The notes under the pieces: model-generated
What the model saw: the letters and a program-made list of their open reading frames with translations, nothing else
What the model was told of the DNA's origin: nothing
Databases searched by the model: none
In this document: piece after piece, positions 34,387 through 43,598 of the stretch
How the letters are laid out: every line of letters begins with the position of its first letter
How positions within the stretch are numbered: the stretch's first letter is position 1
Position numbers and translations under genes: made by a program
Origin: Mycobacteriales bacterium
GTDB lineage: Bacteria; Actinomycetota; Actinomycetes; Mycobacteriales; QHCE01
Length of the DNA: 64,000 bases
Direction of reading: 5' to 3'
Assembly: GCA_041743105.1 (NCBI GenBank)
Contig: JBGTNI010000047.1
Location: 19,478 to 83,477, forward strand

Positions 34387-34464
34387 CTATCGAACAGATG
34401 CGTCCGCGACAAGTTCCACCGCACCCTCGGCATCCAGTCCGAACTCGACCTTGGTATCGGCCAC
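34387..34464 (-). pseudogene. 26-codon diverged purC fragment
   Basis: Reverse translation gives VADTKVEFGLDAEGAVELVADASVR followed by a stop, compared with resident PurC ...VADTKVEFGLDATGAVVLADEVL... (nt 35370..35418). The nucleotide copies differ at several synonymous sites. The fragment starts 3 nt after the brnA stop. Confidence 0.6.
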
Positions 34465-34467
34465 TTG

Positions 34468-34773
34468 TCAGGCCGCTTCGGCGGGGTGGGCTCGTTCGGC
34501 GATGAGGCGTTGTAGATCAACTACGGCAACAACAGCTTCAGCGGGATCGGAGTCGAGTCTGTCGAGTATCCATTGCCGCATCAATGCCGTGGTCGGGACA
34601 TTAGCGGCGCGAGCCTGTGCTCGCACCTGATCCATCAGGCTTTTGGGTAGGCGGATGGAAGAGGAGATCATCACTTCTTCTTTGGCCACGTTGTGGCGCG
34701 GGGTAGCTCGGGCGATTTCTTCAGAAAAATCGTGTTCGTCTGCCCAAGCTGCGAGTTCGTCTATCCTTGTCAT
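34468..34773 (-). CDS. brnA: BrnA-type (RHH/CopG-like) antitoxin
   Basis: 101 aa with a C-terminal RHH-like segment (ISSSIRLPKSLMDQVRAQARAANVPTTALMRQWILDRL). 4-nt overlap with the upstream BrnT gene, so the order is toxin first. Confidence 0.7.
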   Translation of the reverse strand: MTRIDELAAWADEHDFSEEIARATPRHNVAKEEVMISSSIRLPKSLMDQVRAQARAANVPTTALMRQWILDRLDSDPAEAVVAVVDLQRLIAERAHPAEAA

Positions 34774-35045
34774 GGCTGGCGTCCTTTCTCGCGGAACGCG
34801 CGCTTCTCGGCATCGGTCATATCTCGTGCGGTCACTACGTAGTCGCGTCCGTCTTCAGCATCGGCGAGCAGCACGAGTAGATATCGGCCGGTAAAGGTTG
34901 TGCCGAATACCGCTGTTGTGCCGTCGCGGCTTGGAATGCCGATGCTGTCGTTGGAGCAGATAACCTCCTCTGCTTCTTCAGGCGTGACGCCATGGCGAGC
35001 GATGTGTTGTTCGGAGCGCTCTGTCCACTTGATCTCCCCGAACAC
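34770..35045 (-). CDS. brnT: BrnT-family (DUF497) toxin
   Basis: 91 aa. ...IKWTERSEQHIARHGVTPEEAEEV...VFGTTFTGRYLLVLLA...VVTARDMTDAEKRAF follows the DUF497/BrnT pattern. It has a GTG start, with TACATT 6 nt upstream that could indicate a leaderless promoter. Confidence 0.8.
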   Translation of the reverse strand: MFGEIKWTERSEQHIARHGVTPEEAEEVICSNDSIGIPSRDGTTAVFGTTFTGRYLLVLLADAEDGRDYVVTARDMTDAEKRAFREKGRQP

Positions 35046-35139
35046 CTAGAAAATGTACCACGTCGGGGTGCGCATTCCAGAAGGGAGCTGAATCTACGTT
35101 GGTTTAGACAAACACAGGCGACCGGCAGTTGCCAAGCAC

Positions 35140-36048
35140 TCACCACCGCTTTCCGGTGAGTCGCTCGTAGGCCGCGACGTACCGCTCACGAGTGGCAGCC
35201 ACCACCTCACCGGGCAACCGCGGACCCGGCGGCGTGCGATCCCAGTCCAGTGTGGACAACCAATCCCGCAGCGGTTGCTTGTCGAAGGCCGGCTGCGGCC
35301 CACCCGGCTGCCACTGATCGGCGGGCCAGAACCGCGACGAGTCCGGCGTCAGTACCTCATCGGCCAACACCACCGCACCCGTTGCGTCGAGACCGAACTC
35401 GACTTTGGTGTCGGCCACGATGATGCCGCGCGGCTCCGCCACTTCCTGGCCTCGACGCAAGATCTCTACGGTCAGCTCGCGCAGCGTCTGGGCCAGCTCG
35501 GATCCAACCTGGCGCACCACGTCGGCGTAGCCGATCGGCTCATCGTGACCGGTGGGGCCGCCCTTAGTGGTTGGGGTGAAGATCGTCTCCGGCAGTTGCG
35601 AACCCTCCACTAGGCCCGGCGGAAGCACCACTCCGGAGACGGTGCCATCTTGCTGGTACTGCACTGTGCCCGAGCCGGAGAGGTAGCTTCTGGCAACGCA
35701 CTCCACGTCCACCATACGCAGCGGACGGACCAGCATGGAACGGTCGCGCAGCTGCTCGCGCAGTGGACGAAGTTGCACAGGATAGGCATCGACGTCGGCG
35801 GTGAGCAGATGGTTAGGCACCAGATCGGCGAGCTGGTCGAACCACCACAGCGACAGCGCGGTCAAGATGGCGCCTTTGTCCGGGATAGCTGTGGGGAGAA
35901 CCACGTCGAAGGCGCTCATCCGGTCGCTGGCCACCATGAGCAGCGCGTCGGAACCGTCGTCGGTGGCGGCGTCGAGCGTCACCGCGTACAGGTCGCGCAC
36001 CTTCCCCGAGTGCACATGCCGCAGCCCCGGCAGCAGCGTCTCGCTCAT
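35140..36048 (-). CDS. purC: phosphoribosylaminoimidazole-succinocarboxamide synthase (SAICAR synthetase)
   Basis: 302 aa with SGKVRDLY and ADTKVEFG motifs. 4-nt overlap with the purB stop. Confidence 0.95.
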   Translation of the reverse strand: MSETLLPGLRHVHSGKVRDLYAVTLDAATDDGSDALLMVASDRMSAFDVVLPTAIPDKGAILTALSLWWFDQLADLVPNHLLTADVDAYPVQLRPLREQLRDRSMLVRPLRMVDVECVARSYLSGSGTVQYQQDGTVSGVVLPPGLVEGSQLPETIFTPTTKGGPTGHDEPIGYADVVRQVGSELAQTLRELTVEILRRGQEVAEPRGIIVADTKVEFGLDATGAVVLADEVLTPDSSRFWPADQWQPGGPQPAFDKQPLRDWLSTLDWDRTPPGPRLPGEVVAATRERYVAAYERLTGKRW

Positions 36049-37463
36049 AGCATCGGCGCTGGAGTGTAGTCGGCGGCGTTAGGCCGCTGCGCCACGACAG
36101 TTTCGATCTGGCTCACCACATCGGCTACTTGTACGCCGGCCACGCCGGTGAGCGCAAGCGGATCGGACAGTACCGCGTCGAGCTGCGCGCGTGTCAGCTT
36201 CAGTCGGGGCTCGGTTGCCAGTAGGCCAATGAGATCTACGTCCTTACCGGCTCGGCCGGTAAGCGCGGTGGCGACCGCATGTTCTTTGATGGCCTCGTGG
36301 GCCTGCTCCCGACCCACTCCGGCACTCACCGCTGCCAGCAGCACCTTCGTAGTGGCTAGGAACGGTAGGTATCGCCGAAGCTCCCGCTCGATCACCGCCG
36401 GGAATACCCCGAACTCATCGAGCACACCGATGGTGGTGTTGAACAGTCCGTCCGCGGCTAAGCATGCGTCGGGCAGAGCCACACGTCGCACCACCGAGCA
36501 CGACACGTCGCCCTCGTTCCACTGGTCGCCAACCAACTCGCTGATCATGGACAAGTATCCGCGTAGCACTACAGCCAGACCGTTGATCCGTTCACAGGAG
36601 CGACTGTTCATCTTGTGTGGCATTGCACTGGATCCGACCTGACCCGGACGGAAGCCTTCGGTGGCCAGCTCGTGTCCTGCCATAAGTCGCACCGTGGTGG
36701 CAAAGTTCGCCGGTGCGCTACTGGCCTGCACCAGGGCGGCCAGTAGGTCGAAATCCAACGAGCGCGGATACACCTGACCGACGCTGATCAGCAGCGAGTC
36801 AAAACCCAGGTGACGCGCAACGCGACGTTCGAAATCGGCAAGTTTGGCCTCATCTCCGCCGAACAGTTCCGCGGCGTCGGCGGCGGTACCGACCGGGCCT
36901 TTGATCCCACGCAGTGGGTAGTGTTCCAGCAGGTCAAGGCAGCGTCGATACGCCAGCAACAGCTCTGCGGCGAATGTGGCGAAGCGTTTTCCCAGAGTCG
37001 TGGGCTGAGCTGCCACGTTGTGAGTCCGGCCGGTGATCACCAACGTCGCGTGTGCCGACGCCAGCGCTCCCAGGCGCGCAAGGGTCGCCACCATGCGGTC
37101 GGCGATCAACCGCAACGCGTCCCGCAACTGGCACTGCTCCACGTTCTCAGTGACATCACGCGACGTCAGACCCTTGTGGATCTGCTCGTACCCGGCAAGA
37201 GCGTTGAATTCGTCTATTCGCGCCTTGACGTCGTGACGGGTGTGTCGCTCCCTGGCCGCGATGGAGCTCAGGTCCACCTGGTCGCAGACCGCTTCGTAAG
37301 CGGCGATGGCTCCGTCCGATACAGCCACACCCAGTTCCCGCTGGGCGCGCAGCACCGCGATCCAGAGCTGCCGCTCGGCGACCACCTTGCGCTCGGGGCC
37401 AAACAACTCAACCATCTCTGGCGAGGCGTACCTTGTCGCGAGCACGTTCGGGATCGTCGTCAT
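36045..37463 (-). CDS. purB: adenylosuccinate lyase
   Basis: 472 aa with the fumarate-lyase signature GSSAMPHKMN and a typical PurB N-terminus (LATRYASPEM). Confidence 0.95.
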   Translation of the reverse strand: MTTIPNVLATRYASPEMVELFGPERKVVAERQLWIAVLRAQRELGVAVSDGAIAAYEAVCDQVDLSSIAARERHTRHDVKARIDEFNALAGYEQIHKGLTSRDVTENVEQCQLRDALRLIADRMVATLARLGALASAHATLVITGRTHNVAAQPTTLGKRFATFAAELLLAYRRCLDLLEHYPLRGIKGPVGTAADAAELFGGDEAKLADFERRVARHLGFDSLLISVGQVYPRSLDFDLLAALVQASSAPANFATTVRLMAGHELATEGFRPGQVGSSAMPHKMNSRSCERINGLAVVLRGYLSMISELVGDQWNEGDVSCSVVRRVALPDACLAADGLFNTTIGVLDEFGVFPAVIERELRRYLPFLATTKVLLAAVSAGVGREQAHEAIKEHAVATALTGRAGKDVDLIGLLATEPRLKLTRAQLDAVLSDPLALTGVAGVQVADVVSQIETVVAQRPNAADYTPAPML

Positions 37464-38755
37464 CGCCGTGCTGCTCCAGCCGCGAGTGTCCTTGCAAGCT
37501 CACCGCTGACGGCTTTGGCGGCGATGTCGGTGCGGAGCTGCGCTCCGTCGAAATCTATGGCCTTCGCCGCTTGGTAAGCGCGGTCGCGGGCTTGCGATAG
37601 GTCGGCTCCCAAACCGGTGACGGCAAGCACTCTGCCTGAGCTGGTGCGCAGCAGCTGGTCGTCACCGCGCACGGTGCCGGCGTGGAAGACCACAGCGCCC
37701 TCGGTGTGCTGCGGCCCGCCGACCATGACGTCGCCAGTGATGACGTCGCCGGTACGAGCGTTCTCGGGGTAGCCGTGCGCGGCCAGCACGACAGTCACCG
37801 CCGATTCGTTGCGCCACCGCAGCGATGGCTGCTCGGCCAGCAAACCAGTGGCGGCGGCGTACAGCACTCCGCCCAGCGGGGTGGCCAGTAGAGGCAGCAC
37901 GGCTTGGGCTTCGGGATCACCGAAGCGCGCGTTGAACTCCACCACCTTGGGTCCGGCGCTGGTGAGCGCAAGCCCGACGTAAAGCAATCCGGTGAACGGC
38001 GTGCCCACGTCACGTAACTGAGCGAGGGTGGGATGGACCACGCTGTTCATCACCTGTTCGGTGAGGCCAGTCGGCGCCCATGGCAGCGGGCAGTAAGCAC
38101 CCATACCGCCGGTGTTGGGTCCGCTATCGGCGTCACCCAACCGCTTGAAGTCCTGCACCGGTAGCAGCGGCAGCGCGGCCTGGCCATCTGTGATCACGAA
38201 TAGCGACACTTCCGGGCCGTCCAGGTACTGCTCGACCACCACCCGTTCGCACGCCATGGCGTGGTTGAGTGCCATGTCGCGATCGGTGGTGACCACGACG
38301 CCTTTACCGGCGGCTAACGCGTCGTCTTTCACCACATACGGCGGTCCGAACTCGCCAAGGGCTTGGGTGGCCTCGGCCATGGTTTCGCATGTTCGCGATG
38401 CTGCAGTGGGAACCCCGGCCTTGGTCATAATCTGCTTGGCAAAGGATTTGGAGCCCTCGAGTCGTGCCGCAGCTACCGAGGGGCCGAAGCAGGCAGCGCC
38501 GGCGTCACGCACCGCATCGGCGACGCCGGCGACCAAGGGGCCCTCTGGGCCGATCACGACTAAGTCCGCGTGCAGGCTGCGAGCAAGTTCGGCTACCTGC
38601 GCCGGCTGGGTCACGTCCACAATCGCAAGTTCGGCCAGCTCGGCGATACCGGGGTTACCTGGGGCGCAGTGCAACTGCGTTACCGCATCGTCGACGGCAA
38701 GTGCGGCACATAAGGCATGTTCGCGTCCACCACTACCGATAACTAGAACACGCAC
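37460..38755 (-). CDS. purD: phosphoribosylamine-glycine ligase
   Basis: 431 aa. MRVLVIGSGGREHAL opens the protein, followed by an ATP-grasp core and the C-terminal motif SSGRVLAVT. Confidence 0.95.
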   Translation of the reverse strand: MRVLVIGSGGREHALCAALAVDDAVTQLHCAPGNPGIAELAELAIVDVTQPAQVAELARSLHADLVVIGPEGPLVAGVADAVRDAGAACFGPSVAAARLEGSKSFAKQIMTKAGVPTAASRTCETMAEATQALGEFGPPYVVKDDALAAGKGVVVTTDRDMALNHAMACERVVVEQYLDGPEVSLFVITDGQAALPLLPVQDFKRLGDADSGPNTGGMGAYCPLPWAPTGLTEQVMNSVVHPTLAQLRDVGTPFTGLLYVGLALTSAGPKVVEFNARFGDPEAQAVLPLLATPLGGVLYAAATGLLAEQPSLRWRNESAVTVVLAAHGYPENARTGDVITGDVMVGGPQHTEGAVVFHAGTVRGDDQLLRTSSGRVLAVTGLGADLSQARDRAYQAAKAIDFDGAQLRTDIAAKAVSGELARTLAAGAARR

Positions 38756-38818
38756 ACCACGAGGGTACGGGCTGTGGCGGCCAACACAGAAGGGCAGGTC
38801 CAGAGAGCCAGCGAAAGA

Positions 38819-39925
38819 CTACGAGTGAGTGGCCGAGATGCTGTAGATCATCGTCTCTCCGTAGTTGTCGCTACTGCACGGTGCGGCGTTCTGGCAGTTG
38901 GCCTGGGTGTACGCACCGGCCTTGAAGTAGCCGCCGGAGAAGTCCTTGGAGAGCCTGGTCTGCAGGGCCCCGTTGTAGTAGACCTCCACCTGGCCACCGC
39001 TTACCACGAACTTGGCTTCGAATCTGGTACCGAGCGTGTAATTGCCGGTGACCAGCTTGTGGTGGGCGATGTCACCGTCGGTGATGTAGAGGCTGCTCCC
39101 TTCGAGGCGAAACACTGTCACATCGTCTTTGGAGTCATGGATCTGTGCTCCCACCAGGTGAGGCCTTCCGTCGGGGAGCTTCGTGAACGCCTCGGTGACT
39201 GTCAGCGTGTGGGTGCCAGAGTCAGACGACCAACTCGCCTCGGTCGAGCCGCCCTCGGTCATCTCCCGCAGCTCCGACCGCGGATTCTTCGAGCCTCTCG
39301 TGGTAACGCCGTCGACCGCGGCGCGGAAGACTGCGGCATCGCAGTTAGGCACCGTCTCGAACCACGGTGGGCCGGCATAGGTAACTAGGTCGGGCTGCTT
39401 GATCTCCGCCGGCCCGTCACGGGAGCTACCCGACCCGGCGATGGGCAGCGTGAGTTTCCAGTTGCTCAGGTCGAGGATCTGGGCCGGATAGCGGCAGCCT
39501 CCAGAAGGCGCGGGAGCCACTGGAGCGGCGACATCCGGCGCAGATGCTGTTGGGGGCGGGGTTGGTGTGGGTACGGTCGGGGCTGACAGCGGCGGTGTGG
39601 GAACGATCTGCTGCGGAACCCCGGGGGCTTCCGATACCTGCGGCCGACCGGTCGTCGGAACCAGGCCGCCGGTCGGCGCCGCGGTCGGTAGCGTCGGAAC
39701 GCTGATGGTCTCCAAGGCATCGGAGTCGGACCCTGATGCAGATGGGCTATAGGAACCCAGGAGTGCGGCGATCAACGTGAACGCGGTGATCACCGCCTTG
39801 ATCAGCTGATCCGACACGGCCACAGCACTCGCCTCTCTATGCAATTTCGTTGTCGTTAGACGGCATTGGGAGCGGGAGCCGCTGGATAAATTGAAGCCCC
39901 GTCCAGCGAGTACTGCTTTACCCAA
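38819..39925 (-). CDS. secreted polysaccharide lyase family 7 (alginate-lyase-2 fold) protein with a Pro-rich linker
   Basis: The PL7 blocks RSELREM, GAQIHD and GGYFKAGAYTQAN are present. An N-terminal hydrophobic anchor is followed by a P/T/A-rich linker. The first ~70 nt overlap the upstream GH16 gene, so the real start is probably internal and is uncertain. Confidence 0.75.
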   Translation of the reverse strand: MGKAVLAGRGFNLSSGSRSQCRLTTTKLHREASAVAVSDQLIKAVITAFTLIAALLGSYSPSASGSDSDALETISVPTLPTAAPTGGLVPTTGRPQVSEAPGVPQQIVPTPPLSAPTVPTPTPPPTASAPDVAAPVAPAPSGGCRYPAQILDLSNWKLTLPIAGSGSSRDGPAEIKQPDLVTYAGPPWFETVPNCDAAVFRAAVDGVTTRGSKNPRSELREMTEGGSTEASWSSDSGTHTLTVTEAFTKLPDGRPHLVGAQIHDSKDDVTVFRLEGSSLYITDGDIAHHKLVTGNYTLGTRFEAKFVVSGGQVEVYYNGALQTRLSKDFSGGYFKAGAYTQANCQNAAPCSSDNYGETMIYSISATHS

Positions 39926-41160
39926 TCCACCTGCATGGCGCTGGAGCCCGTGGAGCCGTCAGGAAACCAATCCAGTTGGATGCACAGGTGCATCGGCCCG
40001 GGCGGAAACTTGTCGGCCTCGGTACTGCTCCACCATTCCTTGCCGTTAACGAAGGCGGTCATCTTCTTCGGGGTCCATTCCAACGCCCAGTTTGTCCACT
40101 GGGTGGCGTCGTGCTTGACCTCGCCGCTGATCTGGGCGTTCTTAGCGCCGTAGTGCAGAAACATATTGGTGGTCTGTCGGTCCGCGGACATGATCTCGGC
40201 AAAGTCGACCTCGCCGCCGACTGGGAAGTTCTCCGCGTCTGGCCAGAGCAACAGCAGGGCGTTGTAGCTTTCGGGTCCAACGTCAGCCCTCATGCGGCCT
40301 TCCCACCGGCCGTACTTCTGCCCCGGGGTCCACGCCATTCCGGCGGAGGTGCCGGCGGAGGTGCCGTTGATGGTGAGAACTCCGTTGTCAACCTTGGCTT
40401 GATCAGGTGAGCGGATGCCCTTCCCCGCGTGGCCCGGACCGTCGTAGACACCCCACTGTTCGGTGCCAGCGTCGAACTCGTCGACCCGGTTGGGCGGTCC
40501 CCAGTTAAAGGTCTCTGCCGCGGTGGTACCGCTACCGCTCAGTGCTACCGGAACGGCAGGCGCGGTCGGGTTGTCCGACGTCGCAGGCGCACCCGCGGTG
40601 GGTGCGGCAGATGAGCATGCAGCGACGTCGGCTGTGGGTGTGGCATCGACCTCTTCGCCCGGGGCCTGTACCTCGTCGCGGTCGACCGCTACAGCATCGT
40701 CGTCGGTACCGTCCTTGCCGGGCCGGCCATCGACACTGTCCTTGCCGCGTCCGTGAGGTGAACCTACGTCACTGTTCGCGCCTTCTCCGTCGGCGTAGCG
40801 GGCCACGTGGGCCGGAGTTTCGCGCCTACTGACAGCGGCGGCGTTCAGCGGCTTGTCGGAGACTACGCCCGGATCTTTGGATGATTGAGCTTCGTCAGGG
40901 ACAACGGCTTCGCGCGGCGTGCTGGCGGGGACGGCTCGCGGCGCAACAGTGGCCTGCGCGGGAACGGCGGGCGGCGCAACGGTGGCCGATGTGGTGGGAC
41001 ACGGCTGCGGCGCGGAAGGGCTGCTGACGATCGGCACGTTCGACACCGAGTCTTCAGTTTGCGGGGGCGTCCCTTGGTAACCTCCCGCCATCGCCAGCAA
41101 GACGGCAACCAGTGCTGTCAGGACCTTCAGAAACTCTGGGATCCCCGGCACGAAACTCAC
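39856..41160 (-). CDS. secreted glycoside hydrolase family 16 protein with a long Pro/Ala-rich N-terminal region
   Basis: 434 aa. It carries the GH16 catalytic motif EVDFAE (ExDxxE) in a beta-jelly-roll-like C-terminal domain, and an N-terminal signal anchor (LKVLTALVAVLLAMAGG). Confidence 0.8.
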   Translation of the reverse strand: MSFVPGIPEFLKVLTALVAVLLAMAGGYQGTPPQTEDSVSNVPIVSSPSAPQPCPTTSATVAPPAVPAQATVAPRAVPASTPREAVVPDEAQSSKDPGVVSDKPLNAAAVSRRETPAHVARYADGEGANSDVGSPHGRGKDSVDGRPGKDGTDDDAVAVDRDEVQAPGEEVDATPTADVAACSSAAPTAGAPATSDNPTAPAVPVALSGSGTTAAETFNWGPPNRVDEFDAGTEQWGVYDGPGHAGKGIRSPDQAKVDNGVLTINGTSAGTSAGMAWTPGQKYGRWEGRMRADVGPESYNALLLLWPDAENFPVGGEVDFAEIMSADRQTTNMFLHYGAKNAQISGEVKHDATQWTNWALEWTPKKMTAFVNGKEWWSSTEADKFPPGPMHLCIQLDWFPDGSTGSSAMQVDWVKQYSLDGASIYPAAPAPNAV

Positions 41161-41443
41161 CTCACACGCCCCGACGAGACACCGGAGCAGTCATCATCTC
41201 GTTCCTACTGCCAAGGTTAGAGTGACGCGCGAGTACATCAGCACCAAAGACGCATAACGGCCGCTTCTGCGCTGAAATTCGACCGAACAGACGAGCACAG
41301 ACGTCTGTTAGTCGGACAGCATCGCCTGCAGCGCGTAGCCACCGCCCTCAGTGGTCTACGGCACACGGCTTCAACCGACCCAGTCACTTTGGCAAGCTAA
41401 CGAGCGGACAACTCGCACGAACCCTTAAGTGAGAGAAGGTGGC

Positions 41444-42451
41444 ATGTTCAACAGAATCGCTATCGTGGGCATGGGCTTGATGGGTGGTTCCATCTGGAAG
41501 CGCCTGGCGGCGGCCGGTTATCCCGTCTGTGGGTTCGACATCAACCCCGAGACCCGCGCCGCAGCCCGGGTTATCGCGGCTACCACATCCAATCGCGATG
41601 CCGACCGCATAGCGACTACCATTCCGGCAGCGGTGGTCGGCGCAGATCTGGTGATCATCGCAGTAGGCACGTCGGAGGTCGAGGGTGTGCTGCGTGACAT
41701 CGCTAGCACTGGTTACCGGGGCCTGCTCACCGACATCACATCCATCAAGGCGCCCGTGGAGAATTACATACGCGTGAAGCACCGCGGCACCCGGTGGATC
41801 GGCGGGCACCCCATTGTGAGCTTCGAGCAGGCCGGATTTGCCCCCAGTGACGCGCACCTATTCGATGGCTGCCCGTGGGTACTCTGCATCGACGCCGCCA
41901 CTAAGAGCTCCAGCGCCCTAGCGGACTGGTTGGCACTCGCCAAACTCATCACGGATCTGGGTTACCGGGTCATGCCGATGACCGCCATTGACCACGATGT
42001 ATCGCTGGCACGCATCAGTCACATCCCCCACCTGGTGGCCAGCGCCGTGACTAGGACGGCCATAACGGGACCGGTAGCACCGGTCGCGTTGTCATTGGCG
42101 ATGGGCGGAGACACGTTCGCACAAGTAACCGAGGTTGCAAAAATCCTGCCCAATCGCACGGCCGAGTTCTGTGCCTTCAATCTCGCTGCGCTGGATGCGC
42201 AGCTGGACGATCTGATCGAGCAGTTGAATGCGGCGCGTCACATCATGCGACGTCGAGATGCTGTGGCGCAGCTGAGCCGGTGGTTCGAGCCTGCCCATCG
42301 GGCGCGACACGCGTGGCCCATGGTGGAGGGAACACCGCAGCGCCTTCCGGCCAGCATCGATCAGTTACTAGCCGTTGGCCGGGACGGAGGTTGGGTGACA
42401 GCGGTGCACGGCGGTGAAATCACCGCCGTGCGACCGCACCCCCGTTCCTAA
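41444..42451 (+). CDS. tyrA: prephenate dehydrogenase
   Basis: MFNRIAIVGMGLMGGSIWKRL forms the Rossmann loop, and HPIVS is the catalytic His context. I prefer the ATG at 41444, which has GAGAGAAGGTGG upstream, over the GTG at 41429 used by the ORF track. Confidence 0.85.
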   Translation: MFNRIAIVGMGLMGGSIWKRLAAAGYPVCGFDINPETRAAARVIAATTSNRDADRIATTIPAAVVGADLVIIAVGTSEVEGVLRDIASTGYRGLLTDITSIKAPVENYIRVKHRGTRWIGGHPIVSFEQAGFAPSDAHLFDGCPWVLCIDAATKSSSALADWLALAKLITDLGYRVMPMTAIDHDVSLARISHIPHLVASAVTRTAITGPVAPVALSLAMGGDTFAQVTEVAKILPNRTAEFCAFNLAALDAQLDDLIEQLNAARHIMRRRDAVAQLSRWFEPAHRARHAWPMVEGTPQRLPASIDQLLAVGRDGGWVTAVHGGEITAVRPHPRS

Positions 42452-42735
42452 GACGCTGAGGGCGCCGGATCAGGGACAGGAGCCGATGGTGCTGCTTCCG
42501 CGGGAACCGATGGTGCTTCCTCCGGCGCCGATGGTACTTCCGCGGGCACCGCGGGAGCCGCGGGCACGACGGGAACGGCGGGAACCGGTAGCGGGTCGTT
42601 CGCGCCAGGCAATGCCGGAACGGCTGGAAGTGGCACCGGCGGTTCGGCAACCGCGGGTGCGGCTCCATATGCCACAGCTAACACCACTGCTCCACTTGCC
42701 AATGAAGCCTTCACAATCATTGAGCGTGTAACCAT
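42448..42735 (-). CDS. small secreted Pro/Ala/Val-rich protein
   Basis: From the ATG at 42735 the protein reads MVTRSMIVKASLASGAVVLAVAYGAAPAVA, which is signal-peptide-like, followed by PVPxxP-type repeats. Its low complexity makes the coding call moderate only. Confidence 0.5.
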   Translation of the reverse strand: MVTRSMIVKASLASGAVVLAVAYGAAPAVAEPPVPLPAVPALPGANDPLPVPAVPVVPAAPAVPAEVPSAPEEAPSVPAEAAPSAPVPDPAPSAS

Positions 42736-42950
42736 TGCAATGCACCTCCAGGCGCGAGAAATAGGTATGGCGGCAATGCGACAACACATCCCAGCTACCA
42801 CAGCCGGAAGAATTTGCAACCGCCATAGACTATTTGTCTGATATATGGACCTTATTCCCCTTGATGACGTAATCGCATATATTTGACACTGCGGAGAATG
42901 TAGCCCATATCGCCCGAACGTGCAAATAGAGATATTTCGTGCACAAAACG

Positions 42951-43598
42951 TTATATATATAAACCATTGGGGGATTTAGCCCAGTAGGTGCTAGCCGCAC
43001 CTCCCTCCCGGCAACCCCGACCGTTGGCCGCGCAGAGCTGCGGTGGCCCATTCGCAGCTCTGGCAGCCGCCTTCTCGCGTTCACTCAAGAAGGTGCCGAC
43101 CGTCGGTTCGGTCCCAGCGGAAAAGCCGCGTGCGGACTCCCTCGTCGTCTCACCGAATATGTCATGGAACAGCCGCCACCGTTGCTCCAGAAGATTGGGC
43201 TCCGTGGCGCCTGGCCCTCCTGAGATGGCGCCCCAGTATTCAGAGTCGAACTCCGCATCACCACGTTGTCCGAACGGGCCCTTTATCCGCAACACTGGGT
43301 TCCCACCTCTAGCACCAACCGCGTTATCGTTGTCTTGCGCTTGTACTGCCGATGTCTTTGCGTCGACCCGCCAGCCATGGGCAAGGTTCTCCAGACCGAT
43401 CAAGTCCAAATTTCGCGCTCGTACCCGCACGTCGTCTGCTGCCTTACTCTGCTCCCAATCGGTTACTTGCGCCGCACCAAGCTCATCCTTGGCACCTGGA
43501 GCGAGTCGGCATGGCGCTGGGAAAGCACTGCAGGCTGCGTTGTGGTCACCGTGGAGGGCGTAGGCGGCGCGGCCGACCCATGGGGCGCAGCGGGACAC
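42951..43598 (-). CDS. hypothetical protein (possibly a decayed gene)
   Basis: 215-aa ORF. The central part looks protein-like (FDSEYWGAISGGPGATEPNLLEQRWRLFHDIFGETTRESARGF), and the opposite-strand ORF 42988..43563 is S/A/P/R-rich. The 3' end runs into an AT-rich patch. I recognise no domain. Confidence 0.35.
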   Translation of the reverse strand: MSRCAPWVGRAAYALHGDHNAACSAFPAPCRLAPGAKDELGAAQVTDWEQSKAADDVRVRARNLDLIGLENLAHGWRVDAKTSAVQAQDNDNAVGARGGNPVLRIKGPFGQRGDAEFDSEYWGAISGGPGATEPNLLEQRWRLFHDIFGETTRESARGFSAGTEPTVGTFLSEREKAAARAANGPPQLCAANGRGCREGGAASTYWAKSPNGLYI

